Of a DNA stretch of 61,234 nucleotides, positions 7,903 to 18,142 are shown piece after piece. The notes beneath the pieces are model-generated. The model was not told the DNA's origin and searched no databases. It worked only from the letters and a program-made list of their open reading frames with translations. Positions within the stretch are counted from its first letter, which is position 1, and every line of letters begins with the position of its first letter. The DNA comes from Anaerolineales bacterium (lineage in GTDB: Bacteria > Chloroflexota > Anaerolineae > Anaerolineales > E44-bin32): contig JBGUDT010000004.1 of NCBI GenBank assembly GCA_041821665.1, positions 1 to 61,234 of the forward strand, given 5' to 3'. Position numbers and translations under genes: made by a program.

Positions 7903-9819
7903 ATGCAAACTCCTCTCCAGGTGTTCAACCAGATCCTGAATGCAGGAAACGCCATCACAGCGTTTTCGCTGCTGCTCTACGCCCTGACATTCAACCTCCG
8001 TGAGCGGGTTGCCAGATCATTGGCGTTGATGTTTGCCTGTGTGACCTTGGTGTACTTCTTTGATGTGCTTGTTGGCACATCGACAAGTCCCGAGGAAGTT
8101 GAACTCTGGCTGCGCCTGCAGTGGGTTGGGATCAGCTTTATTCCTGCGGCTTACCTGCATTTTTCCGATGCTCTGCTTGCCTCAACCGGGCGGCCATCGC
8201 GTGGCCGACGACAGAAGGCAATCTGGGTGAGCTACATCCTCGGTGGCGTCACATTAGTCCTCGTGGCTTTCACAGATCTCATCTGCGGAGAGATCATCCT
8301 CACAGATTCGGTCGCCTATTTGAATCCAGGGCCATTATTTCCTGTTTTTACACTCTTTCTCGTTACCACGGTGATCGTCGCATTGTTAAATTTCTGGCGG
8401 GCGTATCAACGATGCCTCACCCGATCTACTAAAAGACGAATGCGCTACCTGATGGCAGGTTCCCTGGGTCCTCTCCTTGGCAGTTATCCATTCATGATGG
8501 CGGGGGGCGGCGCACTGGCTCAATATCCTCTTGTATTTTGGAGCGCATTGATCTTGATCAATGTCCTCGTCGGTGCCCAGATGATCTTAATGGCTTACTC
8601 GGTAGCATACTTTGGCGTGGATTACCCGGACCGAGTTGTAAAAAGTCGATTGTTCCAGTGGATTTTGCGTGGTCCCGTTGTCGCCTCAACTGTGCTTGCC
8701 GTAATGGTGGTCGTCGCTCGAGTGGGGGATCTTCTGGGCGTTCAAACAAACAGACTTGTCCCTTTCACGACCGTTGCGGTTCTTTTAGTACTCCAGTTTC
8801 TAATCACACTCGCACGACAACCAATCGAACGTTGGCTCTTCTACGGCGAGGAGAGAGGCGATGTCATACGCCTTCAACTGCTCGAAGAGAGACTGCTTAC
8901 AACGGGGGATCTCAGGCAGTTCTTGGAATCAATCCTCAACGCCGCATGTGACATTATCGGGGTGGGATCGGCTTTCGTAGCGATTGTCGGTCCAGGTGGA
9001 TTAGAACTTGAAGTGGCAGTAGGTCCGGAAGACCCCATGCGCGGCTCGAAGGAGCTGCCTCCTTTACTCATTACGGATGAACTGCAAACGTTTGAGCAGC
9101 TGGGAGTGGTATTCAAATGGGATGTTTATTGGCTCCTCCCACTGCGCTTGGCTGACCCTCCGGAAGTAATTGGAATATTCGGTATCAGAGGGCGAGCCAG
9201 CGATCCAGATTTCTCGCAAGAGGAGGAGGAGCAATTACAGGCATTGCTAGAGCGCGCCACGATCGCTCTGGCGGAGAAGAAGCTTCAGCTTGAGGTGTTT
9301 GCTGTTGTTGATAATCTGATGCCTCGAGTAGCGACTGTTCAGCGGATGCGTGCAGAAGCTCGGTACGCGTCGAGCGACGCACTGACTGCGCCAATTGAAG
9401 GGATTGGCTCCGAAGATGAGCTTGCCAACCTTGTGCGCGAGGCGCTGGGGCATTACTGGGGTGGTCCGCGATTGACGAGTAGCCCTCTGCTCAGCCTCAG
9501 GGTAGTGCGGCAAGCGGCGGTGGAGCATGAGGGAAATCCAGTCAATGCCTTACGATCGATCCTGAGACGAGGAATTGATCAGGTTCGACCCGAGGGTGAA
9601 CGCAGATTCACTGCGGACTGGATGCTCTACAACATCTTAGAGATGAAATTTTTACAAGGCAGGAAGGTGCGCGATATCGCCATGCGCCTCGCAATGTCTG
9701 AAGCAGATTTATATCGCAAGCAGCGCGTTGCGATTGAAGCCGTCACGAATGCGGTTACGGACATGGAACGCGAGGCGGTAGCTAATGAGGAGGTAAAAAA
9801 CAGCGAAAATAAGGTCTAA
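7903..9819 (+). CDS. Polytopic membrane sensor-like protein with GAF-like domain and C-terminal sigma-70-region-4/LuxR-like HTH
   Basis: About 9-10 TM helices in the first 300 or so aa. GAF-like block (LESILNAACDIIGVGSAFVAIVGPGG...). C-terminal FLQGRKVRDIAMRLAMSEADLYRKQRVAIEAV resembles region-4 HTHs. Confidence 0.6.
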   Translation: MQTPLQVFNQILNAGNAITAFSLLLYALTFNLRERVARSLALMFACVTLVYFFDVLVGTSTSPEEVELWLRLQWVGISFIPAAYLHFSDALLASTGRPSRGRRQKAIWVSYILGGVTLVLVAFTDLICGEIILTDSVAYLNPGPLFPVFTLFLVTTVIVALLNFWRAYQRCLTRSTKRRMRYLMAGSLGPLLGSYPFMMAGGGALAQYPLVFWSALILINVLVGAQMILMAYSVAYFGVDYPDRVVKSRLFQWILRGPVVASTVLAVMVVVARVGDLLGVQTNRLVPFTTVAVLLVLQFLITLARQPIERWLFYGEERGDVIRLQLLEERLLTTGDLRQFLESILNAACDIIGVGSAFVAIVGPGGLELEVAVGPEDPMRGSKELPPLLITDELQTFEQLGVVFKWDVYWLLPLRLADPPEVIGIFGIRGRASDPDFSQEEEEQLQALLERATIALAEKKLQLEVFAVVDNLMPRVATVQRMRAEARYASSDALTAPIEGIGSEDELANLVREALGHYWGGPRLTSSPLLSLRVVRQAAVEHEGNPVNALRSILRRGIDQVRPEGERRFTADWMLYNILEMKFLQGRKVRDIAMRLAMSEADLYRKQRVAIEAVTNAVTDMEREAVANEEVKNSENKV

Positions 9820-9903
9820 CATGCATCGGCGTGGGATTAGAGTATGCTCCGCGGAATGAAGCGAAATCGTTGATAGATTGCTTGATGGACTGAGGTCGTA
9901 ACG

Positions 9904-10923
9904 ATGATGACTGAAGACGGTTCAGAGATCGGTTGGGGGGGTGGTGCTCCACCTGAAATGGATGAATCATGGTGGACGGCGCTTATGGGGGAGGAGGAGA
10001 AGCAAGCTTCGGGGGAACCAGAGTCAATCGTCCCAGAACAGGACCACAAATTACTCAACCAAGGGAACCCTGAAGATTGGGAGTGGGCGGAAAAACTCTA
10101 CAAACAAGACAATACGATCGATCTGCTCGTAGTAGGGTACAACCGTGGCGGCGTGTTGGTTGAGGCGCAGAGTTTACGAGGTTTCGTTCCGATTTCTCAC
10201 CTTATCGGATTCGAAGACGCCGAAGGGGATGGCTCCCGTGATGAAAAGCTTTCGAAATACATTGGTCAGCGTCTGTGCCTTAAGGTTATTGAGCTCGATC
10301 CTGAACGCGGACGTCTCGTGCTTTCCCAACGAGCCGGTCTGGCTGAGCCAGGCAGACGTGTCGAGATCCTTTCAAGTCTGAGCGAAGGTGACGAGGTCGA
10401 AGGGACAGTGACGAACATCACCAGCTTCGGTGTGTTTGTGGATTTGGGCGGGGTGGAGGGCTTGATCCATGTCTCCGAGCTTTCATGGGGGCGTGTGGGG
10501 CATCCTTCGGATGTCGCCTGCTGTGGAGAGAGGTTAAAGGTTCACGTCCTTTCGGTAGATCGCGCCAACGATCGCGTGGCGCTCAGCTTGAAGGAACTGC
10601 AGCCTGATCCCTGGGAAGATGTTGAGGAAAGATACAAAGTTGGAGAAATTGTGGAGGGCTGTGTCACAAATGTCGTCAAATTTGGGGCATTTGTCGGAAT
10701 TGATGAGGGTCTTGAAGGGTTGATTCACGTATCCGAACTTGGCGATGGCAATTTTCTGCATCCACGGAGCGTTGTGGATGAGGGTGAGCAAGTGCGGGTT
10801 CGCATCATCCATATCGATGCGGAGAATCGACGCTTAGGATTGAGTTTGAGACAGGTTCCAATTGATTCGGAAAATGATATCCGAGAATCAATTGAGCCCT
10901 CTGAATCTTTTACACCGCTGTAA
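9904..10923 (+). CDS. S1 RNA-binding domain protein (short ribosomal protein S1-like, three S1 repeats)
   Basis: Three repeats of the type GxV..I..FGxFVDLGGVEGLIHVSEL. Acidic, Trp-rich N-terminal extension. Confidence 0.85.
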   Translation: MMTEDGSEIGWGGGAPPEMDESWWTALMGEEEKQASGEPESIVPEQDHKLLNQGNPEDWEWAEKLYKQDNTIDLLVVGYNRGGVLVEAQSLRGFVPISHLIGFEDAEGDGSRDEKLSKYIGQRLCLKVIELDPERGRLVLSQRAGLAEPGRRVEILSSLSEGDEVEGTVTNITSFGVFVDLGGVEGLIHVSELSWGRVGHPSDVACCGERLKVHVLSVDRANDRVALSLKELQPDPWEDVEERYKVGEIVEGCVTNVVKFGAFVGIDEGLEGLIHVSELGDGNFLHPRSVVDEGEQVRVRIIHIDAENRRLGLSLRQVPIDSENDIRESIEPSESFTPL

Positions 10924-10993
10924 TTCGCAAGGGTTCTCGCATGCCGGGCGTGTGCTCCTTGCGCCCGGTGAAACGTGTACGCTGAAGGAAACC

Positions 10994-13228
10994 ATGGTTA
11001 AAAAAATGGCTTCAAAATCGGAGGGGAATGATCGCCAGAATTCGGGTCGACCAAACGATAGCCTCCATCTGAAGATTCTTGAGCGGGCCCTTGATTATAT
11101 CGATGACATCGGGATCATCCTGCTACTTATGTTGGCGGTGCTGGGCTTGCTAGGATTGCTCCAGTTTACCCATGGCGGCGTCATCGATCCCATTGTAAAT
11201 GGCTTGAATCGCTGGTTTGGTTTGGGAGCATTTCTCTTTCCCTTGATTCTCGTCTTGATTGCAACCTACCTCTTGCGTCGTCGTCTTGGCGATCGAGTCG
11301 CCATCCCCTGGACAAGAGTCATCTCGGTTGAGATCATGCTGTTTGCGCTGCTTGGCATTCTCTCAGCAATAGATGGTATGGATCTTCCAAGAGCAGAAAC
11401 CGGGATGGGTGGGGGGATTATTGGCTGGGGCATCTCTACCTTGCTAGCAGAAGTCCTTGGCAGAGTAGGGAGCATGATCTTGCTCCTGATTGTCTTTATA
11501 GCCGCCGGGGTATTTGGAATACGGGCGATTCTGCTTTCCGCACTAGCAACAAGAGAGACTCGCTCCCGCCCACAGCAAACCCATGAAGGCGCTGTCGCAG
11601 TCGGGGCTTCAGTCGTCGAGCGCAGTGAAAAAGATGCTTCGGTGACCCCTAGAAAAACTCACCGGCTGCCGCGAGAGTATCGGAAGGACTTCCAGGTAGT
11701 TGATCAGAAGGATGATAAGCCCTCCCGACCTATGAGAAGAGATTCGACGCTCCCACCCATGGAGTTGTTAGAAGATAGCCCGTCAAAGCGAGTTACCTCC
11801 AAGGAAATCAATCATGCGGCCGGCTTGATCGAAAAAACACTCGCAGATTTCGGGCTGCCTGCCCGCGTGGTAGATTTCAGGACAGGTCCTGCAGTAACTC
11901 AGTTCGCAGTCGAGCCCGGGTACGTGGAGCATGTCGGCTCAGATGGTGAGACAAAGCGTCAGAAAGTGCGCGTGTCTCAGATTTCAGCGCTTTCGAGCGA
12001 CCTCGCCCTGGCTCTGTCGGCCCCTCGTCTGCGCATTGAGGCGCCAGTTCCTGGACAGGCTTACGTGGGTATCGAAGTCCCTAATCAAAAAGCGACGCTC
12101 GTCCGTCTCAAACCATTACTCCAAACTGAGACCTTCCATAAAACCTCCTCACCCCTGGCAATTGCGCTGGGGAGGAATGTTGCAGGCGCCGCAGTGGTGG
12201 CTGATCTTACTTCCATGCCGCATCTGCTTATCGCGGGCACAACGGGATCGGGTAAATCAGTTTGTATTACTTCCATCGCTACCTGCTTGAGCTTTAATAA
12301 CACACCCGAAGACTTACGTATCGTGATGATCGATCCGAAAATGGTTGAACTTATCCGATTCAATGGTCTTCCGCATTTGTTCGGCAGGGTTGAGACAGAG
12401 CTGGAACGCATCATCGGCGTGCTGCGGTGGTGCACAGTCGAGATGGACCGACGTTATCGTCTCCTGGAAGAGGCGAAAGCTCGTGATATTGATATGTATA
12501 ACCAGAAAAAGAAGCGCAGGAAAGATGCTGAACAACTGCCTCGTGTGGTCATCTTGATCGATGAATTAGCCGACCTTATGATGATGGCGCCCGATCAGAC
12601 CGAACACACCCTCGTTCGGTTGGCTCAGATGGCACGAGCAGTTGGCATACATCTTGTGGTTGCCACTCAGCGACCTAGTACGGACATACTCACAGGCCTG
12701 ATCAAAGCTAATTTTCCGGCACGTATCTCATTCGCGGTGGCTTCTGGGATTGACTCGCGCGTCATCCTCGACGGACCAGGAGCTGAGACACTCCTCGGGA
12801 AGGGCGATATGCTCTACCTCTCTCCAGAGGCCGGGGCTCCAGTCCGTTTGCAAGGAGCCTTTGTCAGCGACAAAGAGGTCGAGGGGTTGATTCAATATTG
12901 GCAAAAGGAAATCGAGGATGAAGATGTCGAAACGAGTGTCCCCCCCTGGGAGGATCTTCTCCAGCGCCAGGTCGTGCTGGGAGATCGTGACGACATCCTT
13001 GAACAAGCCATTGAGCTGGTAAGACAGCGGGGGGAAGCGAGCGCCTCGATGCTTCAACGAGGTTTGCGCATCGGATATCCTCGAGCGGCGCGTCTCATGG
13101 ACGAACTTGAGGAACTTGGTGTTGTCGGCCGCGCCCAATCCGGAGGTCGTACGAGAGAGGTGTTGATTTCGGATGATGACGACCCGCTGGAGAAAGCTGC
13201 GGAGGAAGAAGATGATGAGTCGTCTTGA
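10994..13228 (+). CDS. ftsK: DNA translocase FtsK
   Basis: N-terminal TM helices. Walker A GTTGSGKS, Walker B ILIDELADLMM, VATQRPS. C-terminal gamma winged helix SMLQRGLRIGYPRAARLMDELEELGVVG. Start trimmed to ATG 10994, preceded by AAGGAA. Confidence 0.92.
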   Translation: MVKKMASKSEGNDRQNSGRPNDSLHLKILERALDYIDDIGIILLLMLAVLGLLGLLQFTHGGVIDPIVNGLNRWFGLGAFLFPLILVLIATYLLRRRLGDRVAIPWTRVISVEIMLFALLGILSAIDGMDLPRAETGMGGGIIGWGISTLLAEVLGRVGSMILLLIVFIAAGVFGIRAILLSALATRETRSRPQQTHEGAVAVGASVVERSEKDASVTPRKTHRLPREYRKDFQVVDQKDDKPSRPMRRDSTLPPMELLEDSPSKRVTSKEINHAAGLIEKTLADFGLPARVVDFRTGPAVTQFAVEPGYVEHVGSDGETKRQKVRVSQISALSSDLALALSAPRLRIEAPVPGQAYVGIEVPNQKATLVRLKPLLQTETFHKTSSPLAIALGRNVAGAAVVADLTSMPHLLIAGTTGSGKSVCITSIATCLSFNNTPEDLRIVMIDPKMVELIRFNGLPHLFGRVETELERIIGVLRWCTVEMDRRYRLLEEAKARDIDMYNQKKKRRKDAEQLPRVVILIDELADLMMMAPDQTEHTLVRLAQMARAVGIHLVVATQRPSTDILTGLIKANFPARISFAVASGIDSRVILDGPGAETLLGKGDMLYLSPEAGAPVRLQGAFVSDKEVEGLIQYWQKEIEDEDVETSVPPWEDLLQRQVVLGDRDDILEQAIELVRQRGEASASMLQRGLRIGYPRAARLMDELEELGVVGRAQSGGRTREVLISDDDDPLEKAAEEEDDESS

Positions 13229-13284
13229 CGCTCATATGGATAAGGTTTAGCATTCACCCTGTCTAATACGAAGAGGGAAGATTT

Positions 13285-13902
13285 ATGACGAGTGGGACAT
13301 CCAATCAAGAGAAGAAGCCAACATTTACGGATCGTCTAAGGGTTCGATTTAAAAAAGACCTGGACAGGATCGGTGGATTTCTACTTAGTCTAGGTTTAAC
13401 ACCGAATATACTCACGCTTCTTGGCGTTTTCGGGAACCTGGTCGGCGCTGTTCTGATCGCCTTTGGATATCTTACGGCGGGCGGATTGGTGTTGCTGCTG
13501 ATGGGCGCTATGGATGCTCTTGATGGCACGATGGCTCGCCTCAAAGGAACGCCGAGCAAATGGGGAGGATTCGTTGATTCAGTCTCCGATCGGTATTCCG
13601 AATTACTGATCTTTGCAGGGTTGCTGGTCTATTATCTTGATCGTGGCAATAATCTTATGTCTCTTTTAATATTTTTCGCAGCGGCTGGATCGGTGATGGT
13701 TTCCTATACTCGTGCCCGAGCCTTTAGCCTGGGGTATGAAGTGAAACGAGGGCTGCTCACGCGGGCTGAACGCTTCTTCATCCTTACACCTTTGATTATC
13801 ATCGGCTATCCGCAGATCGGTATCGTAATCATCGCGATCTTTGCCAATTTCACTGCGTTTCAACGCATTTACTACGTCCACAATGAAGCTGTTCAGGAGT
13901 AA
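13285..13902 (+). CDS. CDP-alcohol phosphatidyltransferase family protein
   Basis: DALDGTMARLKGTPSKWGGFVDSVSDRYSE fits D(x)2DG(x)2AR(x)8G(x)3D(x)3D. Multi-TM. Confidence 0.85.
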   Translation: MTSGTSNQEKKPTFTDRLRVRFKKDLDRIGGFLLSLGLTPNILTLLGVFGNLVGAVLIAFGYLTAGGLVLLLMGAMDALDGTMARLKGTPSKWGGFVDSVSDRYSELLIFAGLLVYYLDRGNNLMSLLIFFAAAGSVMVSYTRARAFSLGYEVKRGLLTRAERFFILTPLIIIGYPQIGIVIIAIFANFTAFQRIYYVHNEAVQE

Positions 13903-13914
13903 AAGGGAAAACCT

Positions 13915-14763
13915 ATGAGCTTTGATCCATACGGGATACATATCGGTTTCTTATACTTGCGCTATTACGGCATCATCATCATGCTCGGGGTTCTGGTCGC
14001 CACGTTCCTCGCAAGGTGGATGCTCAACAAAATGGGTAAAGATGGCGACATGGTCTGGGACGCGCTCATCTGGGCGTTAATATTCGGTGTGATCGGTGCA
14101 CGTTTGTATCACGTACTGACCCCATCCAAATATTCCGGGATTACACCTGCATACTATCTGGAAAACCCGATCAGGATCCTCACGACATGGGAGGGAGGTT
14201 TGGGGATTCCTGGCGCTGTCGCTGGTGGGGCGCTGGGGCTCTATATATTCGCTAGAAGGCGGAATGTTTCCTTTGGCATGCTTGCGGACGTCGCAGCACC
14301 AGGCCTGGCGTTGGCGCAGGCGATCGGGCGGTGGGGAAATTATGTCAACAGAGAGCTGTTTGGGGGTCTAACCGATCTCCCCTGGGGAATTCAGATTCCG
14401 ATGCAGATCCTGCCGCCTCAACAGGTGCAAGATATTCAAGCCTTAGCCGACAAATTGGGGTTCGAAGCACCGTTCACTTTTCATCCATTGTTCCTGTATG
14501 AATCTCTATACAATCTACTTAATGCCGGTATCTTGCTGTTTCTCTGGAGTAGGTATCGAGAGAAGATGAAAGACGGGGATCTGTTCTTGGTTTACCTCAT
14601 CATATATCCGATCGGCAGATTTATCCTTGAATATCTGCGGCTTGACTATGTCGATTACTTTGGTGTGAACTTCAATCAGATGTTCATGCTAGTCATTGCA
14701 CTCGTTTCCGCCGTTATCTTATTCCTTCGCCATCGACCCATCAAGCGAAGTTCGACAACATAA
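13915..14763 (+). CDS. lgt: Prolipoprotein diacylglyceryl transferase
   Basis: YGIIIMLGVL, GARLYHV, GGLGIPGAV, GRWGNYVNRELFG. Confidence 0.9.
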   Translation: MSFDPYGIHIGFLYLRYYGIIIMLGVLVATFLARWMLNKMGKDGDMVWDALIWALIFGVIGARLYHVLTPSKYSGITPAYYLENPIRILTTWEGGLGIPGAVAGGALGLYIFARRRNVSFGMLADVAAPGLALAQAIGRWGNYVNRELFGGLTDLPWGIQIPMQILPPQQVQDIQALADKLGFEAPFTFHPLFLYESLYNLLNAGILLFLWSRYREKMKDGDLFLVYLIIYPIGRFILEYLRLDYVDYFGVNFNQMFMLVIALVSAVILFLRHRPIKRSSTT

Positions 14764-14798
14764 GAAAAGCAAATTCGGCGTATTCGGAAATTGCCCAG

Positions 14799-14831
14799 GA
14801 GGCCGGAGTTTCTCCGGCCTCGCGTTGTTTT
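14799..14831 (+). terminator. Intrinsic terminator after lgt
   Basis: Perfect 10-bp stem GAGGCCGGAG / CTCCGGCCTC with a TTT loop, followed by GCGTTGTTTT. Confidence 0.6.
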
Positions 14832-14893
14832 AGGAGGGATGGTTGATTGTAGTTGGAACAGCTCATTGGATATAATCCTGCGGAGATTCAAGC

Positions 14894-15829
14894 ATGATTG
14901 AAGCCATGAAACTGACCAAGAAATTCGGCTCGTTCACAGCAGTAGACGAGTTGAGCCTGCACGTCAAATCCGGTGAAATACTGGCACTATTGGGACCGAA
15001 TGGGGCAGGGAAGACCACGACCATCCGTATGTTGGCTTCGATTTTGAAGCCCACATCAGGCAGCGCCAGGATCGCCGGGCTGGACGTACGACAACATGCA
15101 TCACAAATCAGAGGCATGGTAGGACTACTTACAGAGCATCATGGGCTTTATACGCGCATGCGCTCGCTCGAATATCTCGTTTTTTTTGGAAGGATCTATG
15201 GACTGACTGATGCGGTAATCCATGAAAGGGCTGAGAATCTCCTTTCTTCTTATAATCTGGATGATGCATTGGACTTACGTCTGGGTTATTACTCGAAAGG
15301 AATGCGGCAAAAACTTGCTCTGGTTCGAGCGTTACTGCATGAACCAAGAATTCTTCTTCTAGACGAGCCAACGTCTGCCATGGACCCCTCCAGCGCGCAC
15401 ATGGTTCGTGAAAGCATCGAATCTCTCCGATCTAAAGATCGATCGATCATCGTTTGCACACATAATTTGCATGAAGCTGAGGCTCTTGCGGATACCATCG
15501 CAATTATTCGACGTGGAGCGATCATAGCTTTTGATCAAACCGCAGTCTTAAAGAGATCTCTTCTTGGTGATCCAGTGATGGAGCTGCGTCTGGGAAAACC
15601 GCTAGATGGGGTGATCGACTTACTTCCAGATGAAGCCGTACGAGTGTCAGAGGGTCCCGGTTGGATTCGGTATCAGACCGCGGATCCTGAAAATGTGAAC
15701 CCATTGGTGCTGAAATCCCTGATGGACGCACAAATTCCTGTGATTACATTATCTGAAGTAGAGCGCAGCCTTGAAGATGTGTACCTCGAAGTGGTGGAGA
15801 TGCAAGAACCAGGAGGCGAGGGGTCTTGA
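14894..15829 (+). CDS. ABC transporter ATP-binding protein (ABC-2 subfamily type)
   Basis: Walker A GPNGAGKTT, signature YSKGMRQKL, Walker B LLLDEPTSAMD, H-loop CTHNL. Confidence 0.9.
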   Translation: MIEAMKLTKKFGSFTAVDELSLHVKSGEILALLGPNGAGKTTTIRMLASILKPTSGSARIAGLDVRQHASQIRGMVGLLTEHHGLYTRMRSLEYLVFFGRIYGLTDAVIHERAENLLSSYNLDDALDLRLGYYSKGMRQKLALVRALLHEPRILLLDEPTSAMDPSSAHMVRESIESLRSKDRSIIVCTHNLHEAEALADTIAIIRRGAIIAFDQTAVLKRSLLGDPVMELRLGKPLDGVIDLLPDEAVRVSEGPGWIRYQTADPENVNPLVLKSLMDAQIPVITLSEVERSLEDVYLEVVEMQEPGGEGS

Positions 15830-17271
15830 ACGAGAGATTATCGATCCCTCGAGATTCATGGAGCGGCGTATGGGTGGTCGCCCAACGAGAGATTCGTGAT
15901 CAATTCCGTGATTGGCGCATCACCACGCCGATCATCATTTTGACGCTGTTTTTTCCTGTGCTGATGAATATCACGGCACGCATTGCCGTGGATTTTGTAG
16001 CACGCTACGGAGCTCCGATCATTGGTGAACGTCTGATCCCGTTCCTCCTGCTGGTTGTGGGATTTTTCCCGATTTCGGTGTCACTTGTCATTGCGCTGGA
16101 GAGTTTTGCAGGGGAGCGCGAGAGACTCTCCTTGGAACCTCTCCTGGCTACCCCGTTGACCGATGGTCAACTTTATCTCGGCAAAATGATTGCATCGGTT
16201 GCCACACCTCTGGCTGCGGCGTACTTTGGCATCACGGTCTATCTCGTCGGCTTGTCGATAACTATCGATTGGACTCCAGAGCCTCAACTCCTGGTGCAGA
16301 TACTTGCGCTGACGACCGTACAAGCGATTGTGATGGTCTGTGGCGCTGTAGTGATTTCTTCTCAGACGACTTCTGTGCGTGCGGCAAACCTTCTCGCGTC
16401 TTTCATTATCATCCCTGTCGCCCAGCTAGTCATCCTTGAGAGCATGATAATGTTCTGGGGCAGGTATGCTGTCTTATGGTGGATTGCGCTCGGGTTAAGC
16501 TTCGTTGCCGTCATGCTCACCAGGATGGGATTGAGGTTATTTAATCGCGAGGAGCTGCTGGGTCGTGAACTTGACGCGCTGGATCTAAAATGGGTCCGCA
16601 CGCAGTTCAGGGATTATTTCATCTCAGGGTCTACATCTTTGCTGGACTGGTATCGAGGCCTCTATAATAAATCGATCAAGGGAAGTTGGACGCCCATCGT
16701 TTTCACGGCTCTTGTCCTCTCGTCGGGTCTCATCATTGGAGTGGTTCTTGCTACGAAATACACCCTACCCTCTGAAATCTTCTCGATATCCACTTCTCAG
16801 GCAGATCTTGAAAGTGCCCTGCGGCAATTTGGGATGTTCAGCAGTGAGGGGGTATCGAAAATATTTTTCACAAATTTGCGCGCCCTCGCGCTGGCGACTT
16901 TGCTCGGCGCCTTCACCTTTGGGGTGTTATCCTTAGTCGTCCTAATGGCACCGCTCATCATTATCGGGTATATCTTTGGTAACCTTTTCCTTGCCGGGGC
17001 TGATGCAATGACCTACATGTTGGCACTTGTTGTACCTCATGCCATCTTTGAGGTTCCTGCTGCTGTTCTCGCGGGCGCGGCCATTCTCCAGCTCGGGATG
17101 GCTGCGATTAGCCAGCCGAAAGGAGCCTCACTTGGTGAAGGATGGATGCGAGCGCTCGCTGAATGGACACGCATCATGATCGGGATCGTTGTGCCACTCT
17201 TAATCGTTGCGGCTATCGTTGAAGTGTTTGTAACTCCGTATCTCGCTCTCCGCCTACTATTCGGACCATAA
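15826..17271 (+). CDS. Fused ABC-2-type permease / SpoIIM (DUF95)-like membrane protein
   Basis: TTGA overlap with the ATPase stop. The N-terminal half is a 6-TM ABC-2-like permease. The C-terminal half carries FTNLRALALATLLG ... VVPHAIFEVPAAVLAGAA, resembling the PHGxxExPA signature of SpoIIM/DUF95. Confidence 0.6.
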   Translation: MNERLSIPRDSWSGVWVVAQREIRDQFRDWRITTPIIILTLFFPVLMNITARIAVDFVARYGAPIIGERLIPFLLLVVGFFPISVSLVIALESFAGERERLSLEPLLATPLTDGQLYLGKMIASVATPLAAAYFGITVYLVGLSITIDWTPEPQLLVQILALTTVQAIVMVCGAVVISSQTTSVRAANLLASFIIIPVAQLVILESMIMFWGRYAVLWWIALGLSFVAVMLTRMGLRLFNREELLGRELDALDLKWVRTQFRDYFISGSTSLLDWYRGLYNKSIKGSWTPIVFTALVLSSGLIIGVVLATKYTLPSEIFSISTSQADLESALRQFGMFSSEGVSKIFFTNLRALALATLLGAFTFGVLSLVVLMAPLIIIGYIFGNLFLAGADAMTYMLALVVPHAIFEVPAAVLAGAAILQLGMAAISQPKGASLGEGWMRALAEWTRIMIGIVVPLLIVAAIVEVFVTPYLALRLLFGP

Positions 17272-17274
17272 ACC

Positions 17275-18033
17275 ATGACAAAGCTCATTATTCTCGGTTC
17301 TTCCGCAGCAGTGCCCAGCCAGACCCATGCGAATTCGCATATGGCTTTCAAGGGGAAAAGGGGCGTTGTTCTTGTGGATTGCAGCGGCACACAAATTCTC
17401 AGCCTGGAACGAGCAGGTATTGAAATCGAGGAAGTTTCCGACATCATCCTTACACACTTTCACCCTGATCACGTTGGGGGCGTGCCGCTGTTGCTCATGA
17501 ACATGTGGCTGCTCGGTCGTCAGGACGCGCTCCGTATTTATGGTCTGCATCATTGCTTGGAACGCGTTGAAGATATGATGAGCCTTTATCACTGGGATAA
17601 TTGGCCGGGCTTCTTCCCCGTGGCTTTTCACCGCTTGCCTGAGCGTGAGCGAGTATTTGTGCTCGAACATGGAGAGCTGAAATTTTTCTCTTCACCCGCC
17701 CGCCATGTCATCCCGACCATAGGGTTGCGGATTGAACTCGGGGATGGTGAACAAACACTGGTTTACTCATCCGACACAGAGCCCTGCGAATCAATCGTTC
17801 GTTTGGCGCAAGGAGCCGATGTGCTCATCCATGAAGCCGGTGGTGAGACGGTGGGACATTCGTCCGCCAGACAAGCAGGTTCCGTCGCACAGGAAGCAGG
17901 TGTGGGACGATTGATGCTCATCCATTATCCGACGCGGGAAGGCAACCTAGAAGAGCTGCTGACCGAAGCGCAAGATGCCTATGATGGCGAAGTGGTATTG
18001 GCAGAGGATTTTATGGAAATCGAATTGGGGTAG
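17275..18033 (+). CDS. MBL-fold metallo-hydrolase (short RNase Z/ElaC-like)
   Basis: ILTHFHPDHVGG (HxHxDH), later YSSDTEP and IHEAG...GHSS. Confidence 0.85.
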   Translation: MTKLIILGSSAAVPSQTHANSHMAFKGKRGVVLVDCSGTQILSLERAGIEIEEVSDIILTHFHPDHVGGVPLLLMNMWLLGRQDALRIYGLHHCLERVEDMMSLYHWDNWPGFFPVAFHRLPERERVFVLEHGELKFFSSPARHVIPTIGLRIELGDGEQTLVYSSDTEPCESIVRLAQGADVLIHEAGGETVGHSSARQAGSVAQEAGVGRLMLIHYPTREGNLEELLTEAQDAYDGEVVLAEDFMEIELG

Positions 18034-18142
18034 AGCAGGGTTAGGGGAAAGTCTCTGTGATTCTCCTCCCAATTGCAAGGGTGACCAAGCTCATAGTCGC
18101 CGCCTCCCACCGCCGGTAGTTGAAAGGCCAGGCTTACACTAA

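Noticed and set aside
18034-18130. RNase P RNA-like (GGGGAAAGTC) and tmRNA 3'-end-like (GCCGCCTCCCACC) strings
   Set aside because: These are isolated short matches. The other universally conserved RNase P or tmRNA blocks and the tRNA-like acceptor/T-arm could not be found around them.
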